Assembly: GCA_964543815.1 (NCBI GenBank)
Contig: CAZIZG010000001.1
Coordinates: forward strand, 116,265 to 180,264
Source of the DNA: an uncultured Bdellovibrionales bacterium
GTDB taxonomy: Bacteria > Patescibacteriota > Minisyncoccia > Moranbacterales > UBA1568
Direction of reading: 5' to 3'
Length of the DNA: 64,000 nucleotides
Both the position numbers and the translations under genes were made by a program. Of the stretch, positions 39,004-46,949 are shown in pieces. Positions within the stretch are counted from its first letter, which is position 1, and each line of letters starts with the position of its first letter. The notes beneath the pieces were generated by a model. It saw only the letters and a list, made by a program, of their open reading frames with translations. It searched no databases and had not been told where the DNA came from.

Positions 39004-39879
39004 ATGGTAAATGTCTCAGTTATTACTACTCGATTACGAGATGAGATTAAGCAAAGTCATGCCCCTGTCACTGGCTATTTTATTGCCTGTGCACTCATAA
39101 CAGAGCATGCCATTTACATCGATCATAACTACGAGCACGAAGACTCATTGGTCTTTGAACATGCCGAACAAAGGGCCTTAGCCAAAGCCGTTAAAAACGA
39201 AGTATCGCCAAAAATTAAACAGGTTTTCATGTATGGGGAGGGAAAAGTGAAGAAGTTTAAGCATTATATTCCGTGTGCAGATTGCACTGATACACTCCAA
39301 CCCTACGTTGATTCAGGTACATCGATAACATTGTTGCCAACCCAAGAAACTAAGACTGAACTACATCTAGGCTTTAATGAAGTAAGGAATAGCTACACAT
39401 CGTACGAATACTCGAGTATTACAGATGCCACGAGACTTAAATACGAAACGTTGCTCAATGAAAAAGATCAGCGATTTATCTACGATCTTGTTGCGCTGGG
39501 AAAAGAAAGGGGGGCTACTTTTTTCTTAACTGGAAGCGCATCTCGACGAGGAGGATTCAGCAATCTCCTTCTTTCAAAGCTCAAGAAAACTTATGGTGAT
39601 TTAGATTTATTCTGCATGCTTTCAGATAAAGGGACGCTAAATGGTGTAATCGCATCAGTAGAGAGTCTTATTCAGACATACTATGGAGTCCTAAAAAAGG
39701 TAGTAAGACCTCTCCCCCCTTACCAGAATCGAAAAGACGTAGTCCTCACCAAGATTTACTATCACTTTGATTCTGAGACTGAGCCATTTGTTGACCTCAC
39801 ATTTAGCTTGGCATTAGATGGGTCATTTATCAGAAAAGAATACTTTGACCGAAACTGGTTTCATGAGCTAGCGTGGTAG
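39004..39879 (+). CDS. predicted zinc-dependent (CDA-fold) deaminase fused to a Pol-beta-type minimal nucleotidyltransferase
   Basis: N-terminal half: FEHAEQRAL (H-A-E) and YIPCADC (P-C-x-x-C) 36 residues apart; C-terminal half: FFLTGSASRRGGFSNLLLSKLKKTYGDLDLFCML (G[SG]...DxD). Confidence 0.5.
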   Translation: MVNVSVITTRLRDEIKQSHAPVTGYFIACALITEHAIYIDHNYEHEDSLVFEHAEQRALAKAVKNEVSPKIKQVFMYGEGKVKKFKHYIPCADCTDTLQPYVDSGTSITLLPTQETKTELHLGFNEVRNSYTSYEYSSITDATRLKYETLLNEKDQRFIYDLVALGKERGATFFLTGSASRRGGFSNLLLSKLKKTYGDLDLFCMLSDKGTLNGVIASVESLIQTYYGVLKKVVRPLPPYQNRKDVVLTKIYYHFDSETEPFVDLTFSLALDGSFIRKEYFDRNWFHELAW

Positions 39880-39940
39880 ACAGGGGTTATTCTCTCTTCA
39901 TCCCGCAATCACAGCCCCTAACCTCCTTGTAATCGATGTT

Positions 39941-40186
39941 ATGTCGAAAAAGACATCATTGCTCATCATCTGCATAACCTCCCTCCTCTGCTCGAGGATA
40001 TCGTTTGTATTCTTAAACGATCCTGAAGGCCCAAACCTCCTCATCGTTATCGGACTTGCCACTGTCCTCTCTCTTGTTTCTTGGACAATAGTCTCTCTTC
40101 TGCCCTGGGGCAATTCCAAAAAAGTGTCCGTAGCGATACTCATCCAAATACTCCTTGCCACTAGTTTCATCCTTCTCGGAAGATAG
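39941..40186 (+). CDS. small 3-TM membrane protein (81 aa)
   Basis: last gene of the cassette; hydrophobic. Confidence 0.4.
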   Translation: MSKKTSLLIICITSLLCSRISFVFLNDPEGPNLLIVIGLATVLSLVSWTIVSLLPWGNSKKVSVAILIQILLATSFILLGR

Positions 40187-40213
40187 AAAAACGCCGCACA
40201 GCTTGGTGCGACG
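40187..40213 (-). terminator. Rho-independent terminator for 40228..40596
   Basis: minus strand CGTCGCAC-caagct-GTGCGGCG + TTTTT. Confidence 0.6.
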
Positions 40214-40227
40214 TGAGGAGTGACCCT

Positions 40228-40596
40228 CTAGAGGTCATCGGGTGAGATGACCTGCGTGTGATTCAAGCAGGATCGCAAAAAGACCGTGGCGGCATCCTTT
40301 GGTTTCCTCGGGATATCAAAGACCCGTAACAGTGCTTCCCGGAGGAAGCGCGTCGCTCCTGGACTTCGTACGAACCAACGCTTCTCTGGATCCATTCCAG
40401 ACAGGACAGTGACGTTGTCATCGAACAGGCCAACGATTTTTTTCTTCGAATAGCCATTGTCCCGTGACATGGCGGCATGCTCGATGAAATCACTTCCCTC
40501 GTGACACTCCCGCACCGTTGGCAGGAAGTCTTGAGCAAAGGAACTGGTTGAAATACCAATCCACAGTATCAGTATACAGATACTCCAAACGCGCAT
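40228..40596 (-). CDS. secreted hypothetical protein (122 aa, signal peptide) in high-GC islet
   Basis: AAGGAGA upstream; N-terminus MRVWSICILILWIGISTSSFA-QD; GC-rich. Confidence 0.5.
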   Translation of the reverse strand: MRVWSICILILWIGISTSSFAQDFLPTVRECHEGSDFIEHAAMSRDNGYSKKKIVGLFDDNVTVLSGMDPEKRWFVRSPGATRFLREALLRVFDIPRKPKDAATVFLRSCLNHTQVISPDDL

Positions 40597-40701
40597 GACT
40601 GTCTCCTTGTCGGCACGAGAATTGGAGGAAGAGTCGGGTAGTTACCCTTGCCCATATCTTGTCTCGATTTTTTCCTTTTGTCAAAGAAAAATTCTAAGCT
40701 G

Positions 40702-41295
40702 ATGAGATATTTCTCTCTCAGAATGGTATACTGGATTGCAAGTAAAAGATACTCTATGACAACATACGTCGCCCTCCTCCGGGGCATCAACGTCGGAGGG
40801 AATAACAAAGTAGAGATGAAAAAACTGAGAGCCGTCTTTGAGACGCTCGGATTTTCAAACGTCACCACCTATATCAACTCCGGCAATATCATCTTTACTT
40901 CGGACAGAAAAAATACCAAGAGTCTCGTATCAGACATTGAAACCGCCATCCAGGAATCCTTCGGCTTTGCCGTGAGAGTAATCGTGCGTGATGAAAAAAA
41001 TATTCGGACGATTGAAAAAGCCATTCCGAAAGAGTGGTCAAACGACACCAAACAGCGGACGGATGTCCTCTTCCTCTGGGAGGAATATGCCAAAAAAAGC
41101 ACCCTCAAGCTCATCGTCACCAACCCTGACATAGACACTCTACTCTACACTGGAGGCGCTATTGTCTGGCACATGAGCGACCGGAAGCACTACAGCAAAA
41201 GTGGTCTGCGGAAATTTATCAGCACCGAGATTTACAAGCACATGACCGCTCGCAATGTGAATACCCTCCGCAAACTTACGACTCTTTTTCCTTAA
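40702..41295 (+). CDS. DUF1697 family protein
   Basis: MTTYVALLRGINVGGNNKVEMKKLRAVFETLGF is the family-typical N-terminus. Confidence 0.7.
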   Translation: MRYFSLRMVYWIASKRYSMTTYVALLRGINVGGNNKVEMKKLRAVFETLGFSNVTTYINSGNIIFTSDRKNTKSLVSDIETAIQESFGFAVRVIVRDEKNIRTIEKAIPKEWSNDTKQRTDVLFLWEEYAKKSTLKLIVTNPDIDTLLYTGGAIVWHMSDRKHYSKSGLRKFISTEIYKHMTARNVNTLRKLTTLFP

Positions 41296-41299
41296 ACGT

Positions 41300-41575
41300 A
41301 TGACAGAAATAAAGCGCGATTGGGATATTTTGACGGATGGAGAACGAAAACATGCCATCGATGAAATCATCGGATATTTTGCTACTGAAAGAAACGAGGA
41401 GATGGGTGTCATTGCGGCTAGCGAACTCCTCGATCTGTTTCTCCGAACTACTGGCGGCGCCGTCTACAACCACGCTCTCGATCATATCCGACCGCTCCTC
41501 GAAAAAAATCTCAACACCACTCTCCTCGATATTGATGTAACTCTCCGCAAAGAGATTATCAAGCAACTGTCCTAG
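41300..41575 (+). CDS. DUF2164 family protein
   Basis: 91 aa; IGYFATERNEEMGVIAASELLDLFL family-like. Confidence 0.5.
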   Translation: MTEIKRDWDILTDGERKHAIDEIIGYFATERNEEMGVIAASELLDLFLRTTGGAVYNHALDHIRPLLEKNLNTTLLDIDVTLRKEIIKQLS

Positions 41576-41614
41576 ACACAAAATTACGCCTTAATTTTCT
41601 CAGAAGAAAATACG

Positions 41615-42856
41615 CTATTTAAAAACGATAGAATTGCCAGCGACATACCCGGTGGTCCAGCAGAGCTGGAGACTATAGCCCCCGGATGGACGGTCAATAT
41701 TCAAAACATCACCAACAAAGTGCAGATTGGAAAACTTCCGCGAACGCATATGTTTCCAATCTACTTCTTCCAGGGCTACCCCACCCGAAGTAACAATAGC
41801 TTTATCAGCTCCGAGAAGCCCATCAACCGTCAAGCGGAAATCTTTTGTTTTCCTCGCCAAAGACAAGCGCTCATCACGGGTCACACTGTGTACTGGAGTA
41901 TCTGGATTGATACCAGAGAGACCAAGGAGTGTCGGGATAAGGAGTGGCGTGAGAAATCCATCCAAGCCATTCTTCGCCTGTTTGTTCTTATTCGCTTCAA
42001 AACACGTTTGAATATCATGATCAATTTCGCCAATATTTTTCTCAGGAAAAAAATCTATTGAAACGGGGACGGTACCGTACTGGAGGAACTCAGCGATACT
42101 GCGACTCATATTGAGTACGAGCGGACCTGAGAGTCCCACATGAGTAAATAAAAGTTTGCCCCGTTTGCTTTCTATCTTGCGGCCCTGCTGAAAGTAACTC
42201 AGTTTTACGTCCGGAAAACTCGCTCCAGAAAGCGCATGAGCCCAAGTCTCACGCACGGTGAGTGGCACCAGCGCCGGTCGTGGGGCCACAATCGTATGAC
42301 CAATCTTTTCAAGCCACCGAAAGCCATCCCCTGTTGACCCTGTCTCTGGCCGCGACTGACCACCCGTGGCAAGGATATATGAATGCGCTCGCATGATGCT
42401 CCCATTTTTCATCCGTACCCCACTTATATTGCTCCCTACCACCTCTAGACCCGCCACTTCCATCCCGGTAAGAATCGTCACATTTCCCTCTCGCATATAC
42501 GAAACTAGAGCATCCCAAACTGACTGGGCATTATCAGAAACGGGAAACACTCGCTTCTCCGCCTCTACTTTGGTCGGCATGCCCCTCATATGAAAAAAGT
42601 CGAGAGTGGACTGCACCCCAAACTGAGCCAGAGGTGAATAGAGAAACTTGGCAGCCGTTCCAAACTTTTGAAGAAACAGGTGCTCATCAAATTCAGCATT
42701 CGTGATGTTCGAACGCCCACCACCCGTGATGAGGAGCTTCTGGCCCAAAGACGTGTTTTTCTCCAAGAGCACCACTCGGGCGCCACACTCAGCCGCTCGG
42801 CCAGCCGCCATCATCCCGGCCGGCCCTCCTCCGATAACAATAACATCGTAGTCCAT
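41615..42856 (-). CDS. FAD-dependent flavoprotein, HI0933/BaiN (aminoacetone-oxidase-like) family
   Basis: MDYDVIVIGGGPAGMMAAGRAAECGARVVLLEKN...GGGRSNITN; 413 aa. Confidence 0.8.
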   Translation of the reverse strand: MDYDVIVIGGGPAGMMAAGRAAECGARVVLLEKNTSLGQKLLITGGGRSNITNAEFDEHLFLQKFGTAAKFLYSPLAQFGVQSTLDFFHMRGMPTKVEAEKRVFPVSDNAQSVWDALVSYMREGNVTILTGMEVAGLEVVGSNISGVRMKNGSIMRAHSYILATGGQSRPETGSTGDGFRWLEKIGHTIVAPRPALVPLTVRETWAHALSGASFPDVKLSYFQQGRKIESKRGKLLFTHVGLSGPLVLNMSRSIAEFLQYGTVPVSIDFFPEKNIGEIDHDIQTCFEANKNKQAKNGLDGFLTPLLIPTLLGLSGINPDTPVHSVTRDERLSLARKTKDFRLTVDGLLGADKAIVTSGGVALEEVDWKHMRSRKFSNLHFVGDVLNIDRPSGGYSLQLCWTTGYVAGNSIVFK

Positions 42857-42967
42857 ACTCTCATTGTACCAAGAAAAAGCATCATCACTCAGTTTTTGGT
42901 ATCTGTCAACAAAATTCCTTTTAAAAAACCGAAAAAAACACTATAATACGGGCATAATTCATCGCTT

Positions 42968-43531
42968 TTGACTATGACGATCCAACAATACTCGCTCGTT
43001 CTTTCGGTTCTCGTCCTACTCCTTGGATCAGCCACCCTGCTTTCTATCATCTTATTTTTTTCTTCCGCGGCCTGGCGAGAAAAGATACAAACTGTTGCCT
43101 ATGACACCTGGATGAAACTCATTGGCATTTTCGCTACTATCGCGACACTGGGTGCCCTCACCTATCAGTTTATCTATCTCACTCCTGTTTGCCTCGATTG
43201 TTGGTGGCAACGCATCTTCATGTTTCCGATAGAAATCATCGTTCTTGTCTCGCTTCTCACCAAGAACAGACAGAACCACTTCCTCACCTGGTTTATGGCG
43301 AGCATCGGCATCCTCTTTTCTCTTCATCACTACTCCGAGCACTTCGAACGCTATGTCATGGGAAATGCCACACTTGTTCCCTGCTCCCCCACCCCCAGCG
43401 AACCACTCTGCGGACTTGCACCAACTGTTACCTTTGGTTTCATCACTATCCCATTCATGGCCGTCATCGTCTTTGCTGCTCTCATCTGGCTCTCCTATCT
43501 TGCTTTTCATAAGTCTCGTCAACCCAAATAA
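42968..43531 (+). CDS. DsbB/BdbC-like thiol-disulfide oxidoreductase membrane protein (candidate)
   Basis: 4 TM; CLDCWW (CxxC) in first extracytoplasmic loop and a second Cys pair PCSPTPSEPLC. Confidence 0.5.
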   Translation: MTMTIQQYSLVLSVLVLLLGSATLLSIILFFSSAAWREKIQTVAYDTWMKLIGIFATIATLGALTYQFIYLTPVCLDCWWQRIFMFPIEIIVLVSLLTKNRQNHFLTWFMASIGILFSLHHYSEHFERYVMGNATLVPCSPTPSEPLCGLAPTVTFGFITIPFMAVIVFAALIWLSYLAFHKSRQPK

Positions 43532-43536
43532 GCGCT

Positions 43537-43854
43537 ATGCTTACCTTTAGTGAACGCGTCGTAAAAATCGCTCTCTCCATTCCCGAAGGAAGAGTCACTA
43601 CCTATGGCCGCATCGCAAGAGCAGCCGGCGGTGGCCCCATGGCCTCACAAAGTATTACGGCGATACTCGGAAAGGCCTGGGAACAAGGTGAAAAAAATAT
43701 TCCTTTTCACCGCATCGTGTATGCGGACGGGCACATCTGGGTAGACGAAAAACATCGGACAACTCGGCTCAAACTCTACAAAAAGGAGGGTATCGAACTC
43801 GACCAAAAAAACCGTATCCAGAACTTTCGTTCCATCCTTTGGGAATTAACATAA
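43537..43854 (+). CDS. MGMT-fold DNA-binding protein lacking the catalytic Cys (alkyltransferase-like, ATL)
   Basis: IPFHRIVYADG where O6-alkylguanine transferases have PCHRVV. Confidence 0.65.
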   Translation: MLTFSERVVKIALSIPEGRVTTYGRIARAAGGGPMASQSITAILGKAWEQGEKNIPFHRIVYADGHIWVDEKHRTTRLKLYKKEGIELDQKNRIQNFRSILWELT

Positions 43855-43859
43855 AAAAT

Positions 43860-44669
43860 ATGCACAAGCCATCGAGTTTTCGTGATTATCTCATCGCTAC
43901 CCTCATCGCTACAACCCTCTTTGTTTTTTTTGGGTTCTACCTCTTTATCCGCCACGGCTTTCTCTGGAGCACTCCCACCACCACAGATGCCCTTTTTCTC
44001 CCCAATAAAGCCTTGGCTTCTGTCGCCATGACACTGCTCGCTTTTACCTTTCTCATTGGTCCCATCGTACGTTATTTTGACCGCTATGATACCTGGCTCT
44101 CCTACCGCAAAGAAATTGGTATCCTCGCCGGATTTCTCGCCATCGTTCATGGACTTATTAGCTACTGTCTCCTGCCAATCAAATTTCCCCAAGCCTGGAT
44201 TGACTTTACTGCTACGGAATTTCTTGCCGGACTTGTCGGTGCCATTACTCTCGCCGTCCTCTTCATTCTCTCCTGGAAAAGCATCATTCTCCTCGTTACT
44301 GGTGGCCCCTGGTGGTTCCTTCAACGTTTTGGTCTCCGGCTTGCTATTATCGCCACCCTCATCCATGTCTACGTGATGAAGTGGTCAAGTTGGACGACTT
44401 GGTTTACTCAGGGCAACACCCAGCCAACAGCTGAGCTTATTCGTCCAGAACTCCCAGCACTCGAACTCCTTGTCACTCTCTTTATCACTTGGGTAGTTGT
44501 GATTCGATTCTACGAAACAATTTTTCTATTTCGAGACTGCGGTTTCAAAGCCAAAGAAATCTGCATGGACCTCCAGATTAAGGCGCGAGGGCGACACTTT
44601 TTTATATGGAGTTTTTTGGTTTATCTTGTCCTTACCCTCATTATTCTTGTCCGCTATCTCATCCCCTGA
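43860..44669 (+). CDS. ferric-reductase-like transmembrane domain protein (MsrQ/YedZ-like heme-binding core)
   Basis: 6 TM with His pairs in helices (IVHGLISY, LIHVYVMKW). Confidence 0.45.
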   Translation: MHKPSSFRDYLIATLIATTLFVFFGFYLFIRHGFLWSTPTTTDALFLPNKALASVAMTLLAFTFLIGPIVRYFDRYDTWLSYRKEIGILAGFLAIVHGLISYCLLPIKFPQAWIDFTATEFLAGLVGAITLAVLFILSWKSIILLVTGGPWWFLQRFGLRLAIIATLIHVYVMKWSSWTTWFTQGNTQPTAELIRPELPALELLVTLFITWVVVIRFYETIFLFRDCGFKAKEICMDLQIKARGRHFFIWSFLVYLVLTLIILVRYLIP

Positions 44670-44680
44670 TTGGTACATCT

Positions 44681-45304
44681 ATGAAAAAAACGATTATCTT
44701 TGATCTTGATGGAACACTGGTTGATATTGAGCCAGTTTTTTTCCGTATCTTCAATAATCTTGCTAGAGAGTTTGGCTTCGCCCCCCTAAGAGAGGATGAA
44801 ATTCCGTATCTCAAACAGTTTCATCTCAAAGACCTGGTTTGGCAACGACTCGGGTGGCATGTCATCCTGCTTCCGTTTATTCTTCATCGTGGCCGGGAAA
44901 CATATCATTCGCTTGTTCCAGAAATATCTCTTTTTTCTGGTACTACCAATACGCTTTCCGCCCTCAAATCCAAAGGTTACCGTATTGGTATCGTTTCATC
45001 CAGTCGTAGAGATACTATCGAGGCTATCGTCAAACATTACGCTCTTCCTGTCGATTTCATGTATCATGGACAACTGTTCAATAAAGCACGCTCTCTCAAA
45101 ACCGTCCTCTCAAATGAACACCTTGATGTCTCAGAAACACTCTACGTTGGCGATGAAGTTCGCGACATCGAGGCCTGTCACAAGATTAACCTTGATATCA
45201 TCGCTGTCTCCTGGGGTCTTAATAGTAAGGATTCCCTCAAGAACACGCGTGCTCTAACCGTCGATACCCAAGCAGAACTACTCGCTGCCATCATCGCCGC
45301 CTAA
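44681..45304 (+). CDS. HAD-IA family hydrolase (phosphatase)
   Basis: MKKTIIFDLDGTLVD motif I; GIVSSS motif II; VGDEVRDIEA motif IV. Confidence 0.8.
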   Translation: MKKTIIFDLDGTLVDIEPVFFRIFNNLAREFGFAPLREDEIPYLKQFHLKDLVWQRLGWHVILLPFILHRGRETYHSLVPEISLFSGTTNTLSALKSKGYRIGIVSSSRRDTIEAIVKHYALPVDFMYHGQLFNKARSLKTVLSNEHLDVSETLYVGDEVRDIEACHKINLDIIAVSWGLNSKDSLKNTRALTVDTQAELLAAIIAA

Positions 45305-45311
45305 ACTTAAA

Positions 45312-45338
45312 ACACCCTTCTCGCGAGGGTGTTTTGTT
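45312..45338. terminator. bidirectional terminator ACACCCT-tctcgcg-AGGGTGT
   Basis: flanked by A-run and T-run between convergent genes. Confidence 0.6.
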
Positions 45339-45356
45339 ATTTATCTGTCTGATTTT

Positions 45357-46940
45357 TTAGAGATCGTTTCCGGTGTAGGAAAGATTGAAGCTCTTGTTGA
45401 TAAGTGGAAAATCAGGCACCATGTCCCGCCCAATAACATACGGGAAAAGCTGCCAGTTCAAAAACGAGGGGTCGCGCACTTTGACACGAGAAATAGTTCC
45501 TGTGGCGTCAGTCATCACGAAGTAAGTAATATCTCCACGCCATCCCTCGACCGTTCCTACCGCATGACGATTGGCTAGCAAGGCTGGCATAGCAATACGG
45601 CACTCACTTGTTTCATGAATGAGGAGCGCCAGCACCTGATTGAGCAAGCGAAATGACTGAGTCACCTCACGTGCTCGTACCCGAAAGCGAGCATAGACAT
45701 CACCAGACTTCTCAGTCATCACCCCGAACTGAACCATATCATAGGCCGCATATGGGAAATCCGCCCGAGTATCAATTTCCAGTCCACAGGCCCGAGCAGC
45801 AATACCGACCGCGCCATGATCAGCCGCAACGGCCGAATCGAGAGTCCCTGTCCCTTTAAGACGGTTAAGCATCGAATCACTTTCTTTCGTTACTGCTACA
45901 ACCTCCATATAGTCCTTCTCTAGAAGTTCCAAATCATCATGTAGTTCTTTGACAAGAGCCGTTTCAATATCACGGGTCACACCCCCATAAGCAACGACGC
46001 CACGCAAAAATCGGCTGCCCGTCAAGCGTTCGTTCCATTGCATGACGCGTTCACGAAGCCGGGATCCGTGGCTGCCGCCAAAGGAAAATCCGGTATCCAG
46101 CATAATAAATGCTAAGTCATTGAAATGATTAGCGAGCCGCTCCAACTCACCATAAACTACCCGAAGCAGTTTAGCACGCGTTGGCACCGAAACATCAGCC
46201 ATATCTTCAACCGCCTGAGCAAAAGCCAAAGCATGATGATACGAACTGTCCCCCGAAATACGCTCTGCAAGGGTCAGTTTCTTATCCAAAGCCAAGTGCT
46301 CAAAAAGTTTTTCAGTCCCCTTGTGTACATAACCCAAACGAGGCTCGAGACGCAAAATTTCCTCACCCAAAACACTAAATCGAAAGTGGCCCGGTTCAAT
46401 GATACCGGCATGGACTGGTCCTACTGGAATTTCATAGACGCCTTCACCTTCGTACTTCTGAAATGTCGGATACGCTTTATGCTCTGGTGGTGTCACCACA
46501 GCGTTCCAAGCAAATTCCTTGCGAAGCGGATAAGTATTATCAGGATAATTTTCTTGGTGGAGATTGATACGGTTGGCCTGTGGATGACCAGCTGGAGTCA
46601 AACCGAAGAAAGTCTTGATTTCTTGTTCGTACACCGCAAACTCATGATCAATTGGGGTTAGCGAAGGGAAAGTCTCACTTCCACCCAAAGAAAGAAAAGG
46701 GATAAGAAAAATATTATCTTTCGGTACACCAAAAACATAATATACCCGAAAGGCACCCTGTTCGGCACGCTCATCGGTCGCCGTAACGGTTTTGAGTGGC
46801 AAAGCATGATCATGTTTCAGTGATATCACTAACGATTTCAAATCATGCTCGGATACTTGAAAAAGAAAGCTTCGTCCCTCTTGTTTCAGCTGATAGTTCT
46901 CAAGTCCGAACCGAGTAATCAGGGTATTCTGATCAGTCAT
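45357..46940 (-). CDS. fused NuoC-NuoD / HycE-like large subunit with all four NiFe-ligand cysteines substituted (Ehr-type)
   Basis: GPVHAGIIEPGHFRF, LGYVHKGTEKL (NuoD/HycE blocks); L1 position reads ERISGDSSYHH (RxCGxCxxxH expected); L2 position reads DPSFLN (DPCxxC expected). Confidence 0.75.
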   Translation of the reverse strand: MTDQNTLITRFGLENYQLKQEGRSFLFQVSEHDLKSLVISLKHDHALPLKTVTATDERAEQGAFRVYYVFGVPKDNIFLIPFLSLGGSETFPSLTPIDHEFAVYEQEIKTFFGLTPAGHPQANRINLHQENYPDNTYPLRKEFAWNAVVTPPEHKAYPTFQKYEGEGVYEIPVGPVHAGIIEPGHFRFSVLGEEILRLEPRLGYVHKGTEKLFEHLALDKKLTLAERISGDSSYHHALAFAQAVEDMADVSVPTRAKLLRVVYGELERLANHFNDLAFIMLDTGFSFGGSHGSRLRERVMQWNERLTGSRFLRGVVAYGGVTRDIETALVKELHDDLELLEKDYMEVVAVTKESDSMLNRLKGTGTLDSAVAADHGAVGIAARACGLEIDTRADFPYAAYDMVQFGVMTEKSGDVYARFRVRAREVTQSFRLLNQVLALLIHETSECRIAMPALLANRHAVGTVEGWRGDITYFVMTDATGTISRVKVRDPSFLNWQLFPYVIGRDMVPDFPLINKSFNLSYTGNDL

Positions 46941-46949
46941 AAGCGTACG

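Noticed and set aside
37482-45304. Declaring 37.5-45.3 kb an integrated mobile element
   Set aside because: No integrase, transposase or recognizable direct repeat of the tRNA 3-prime end could be found by eye; reported only as a tRNA-adjacent accessory cassette.
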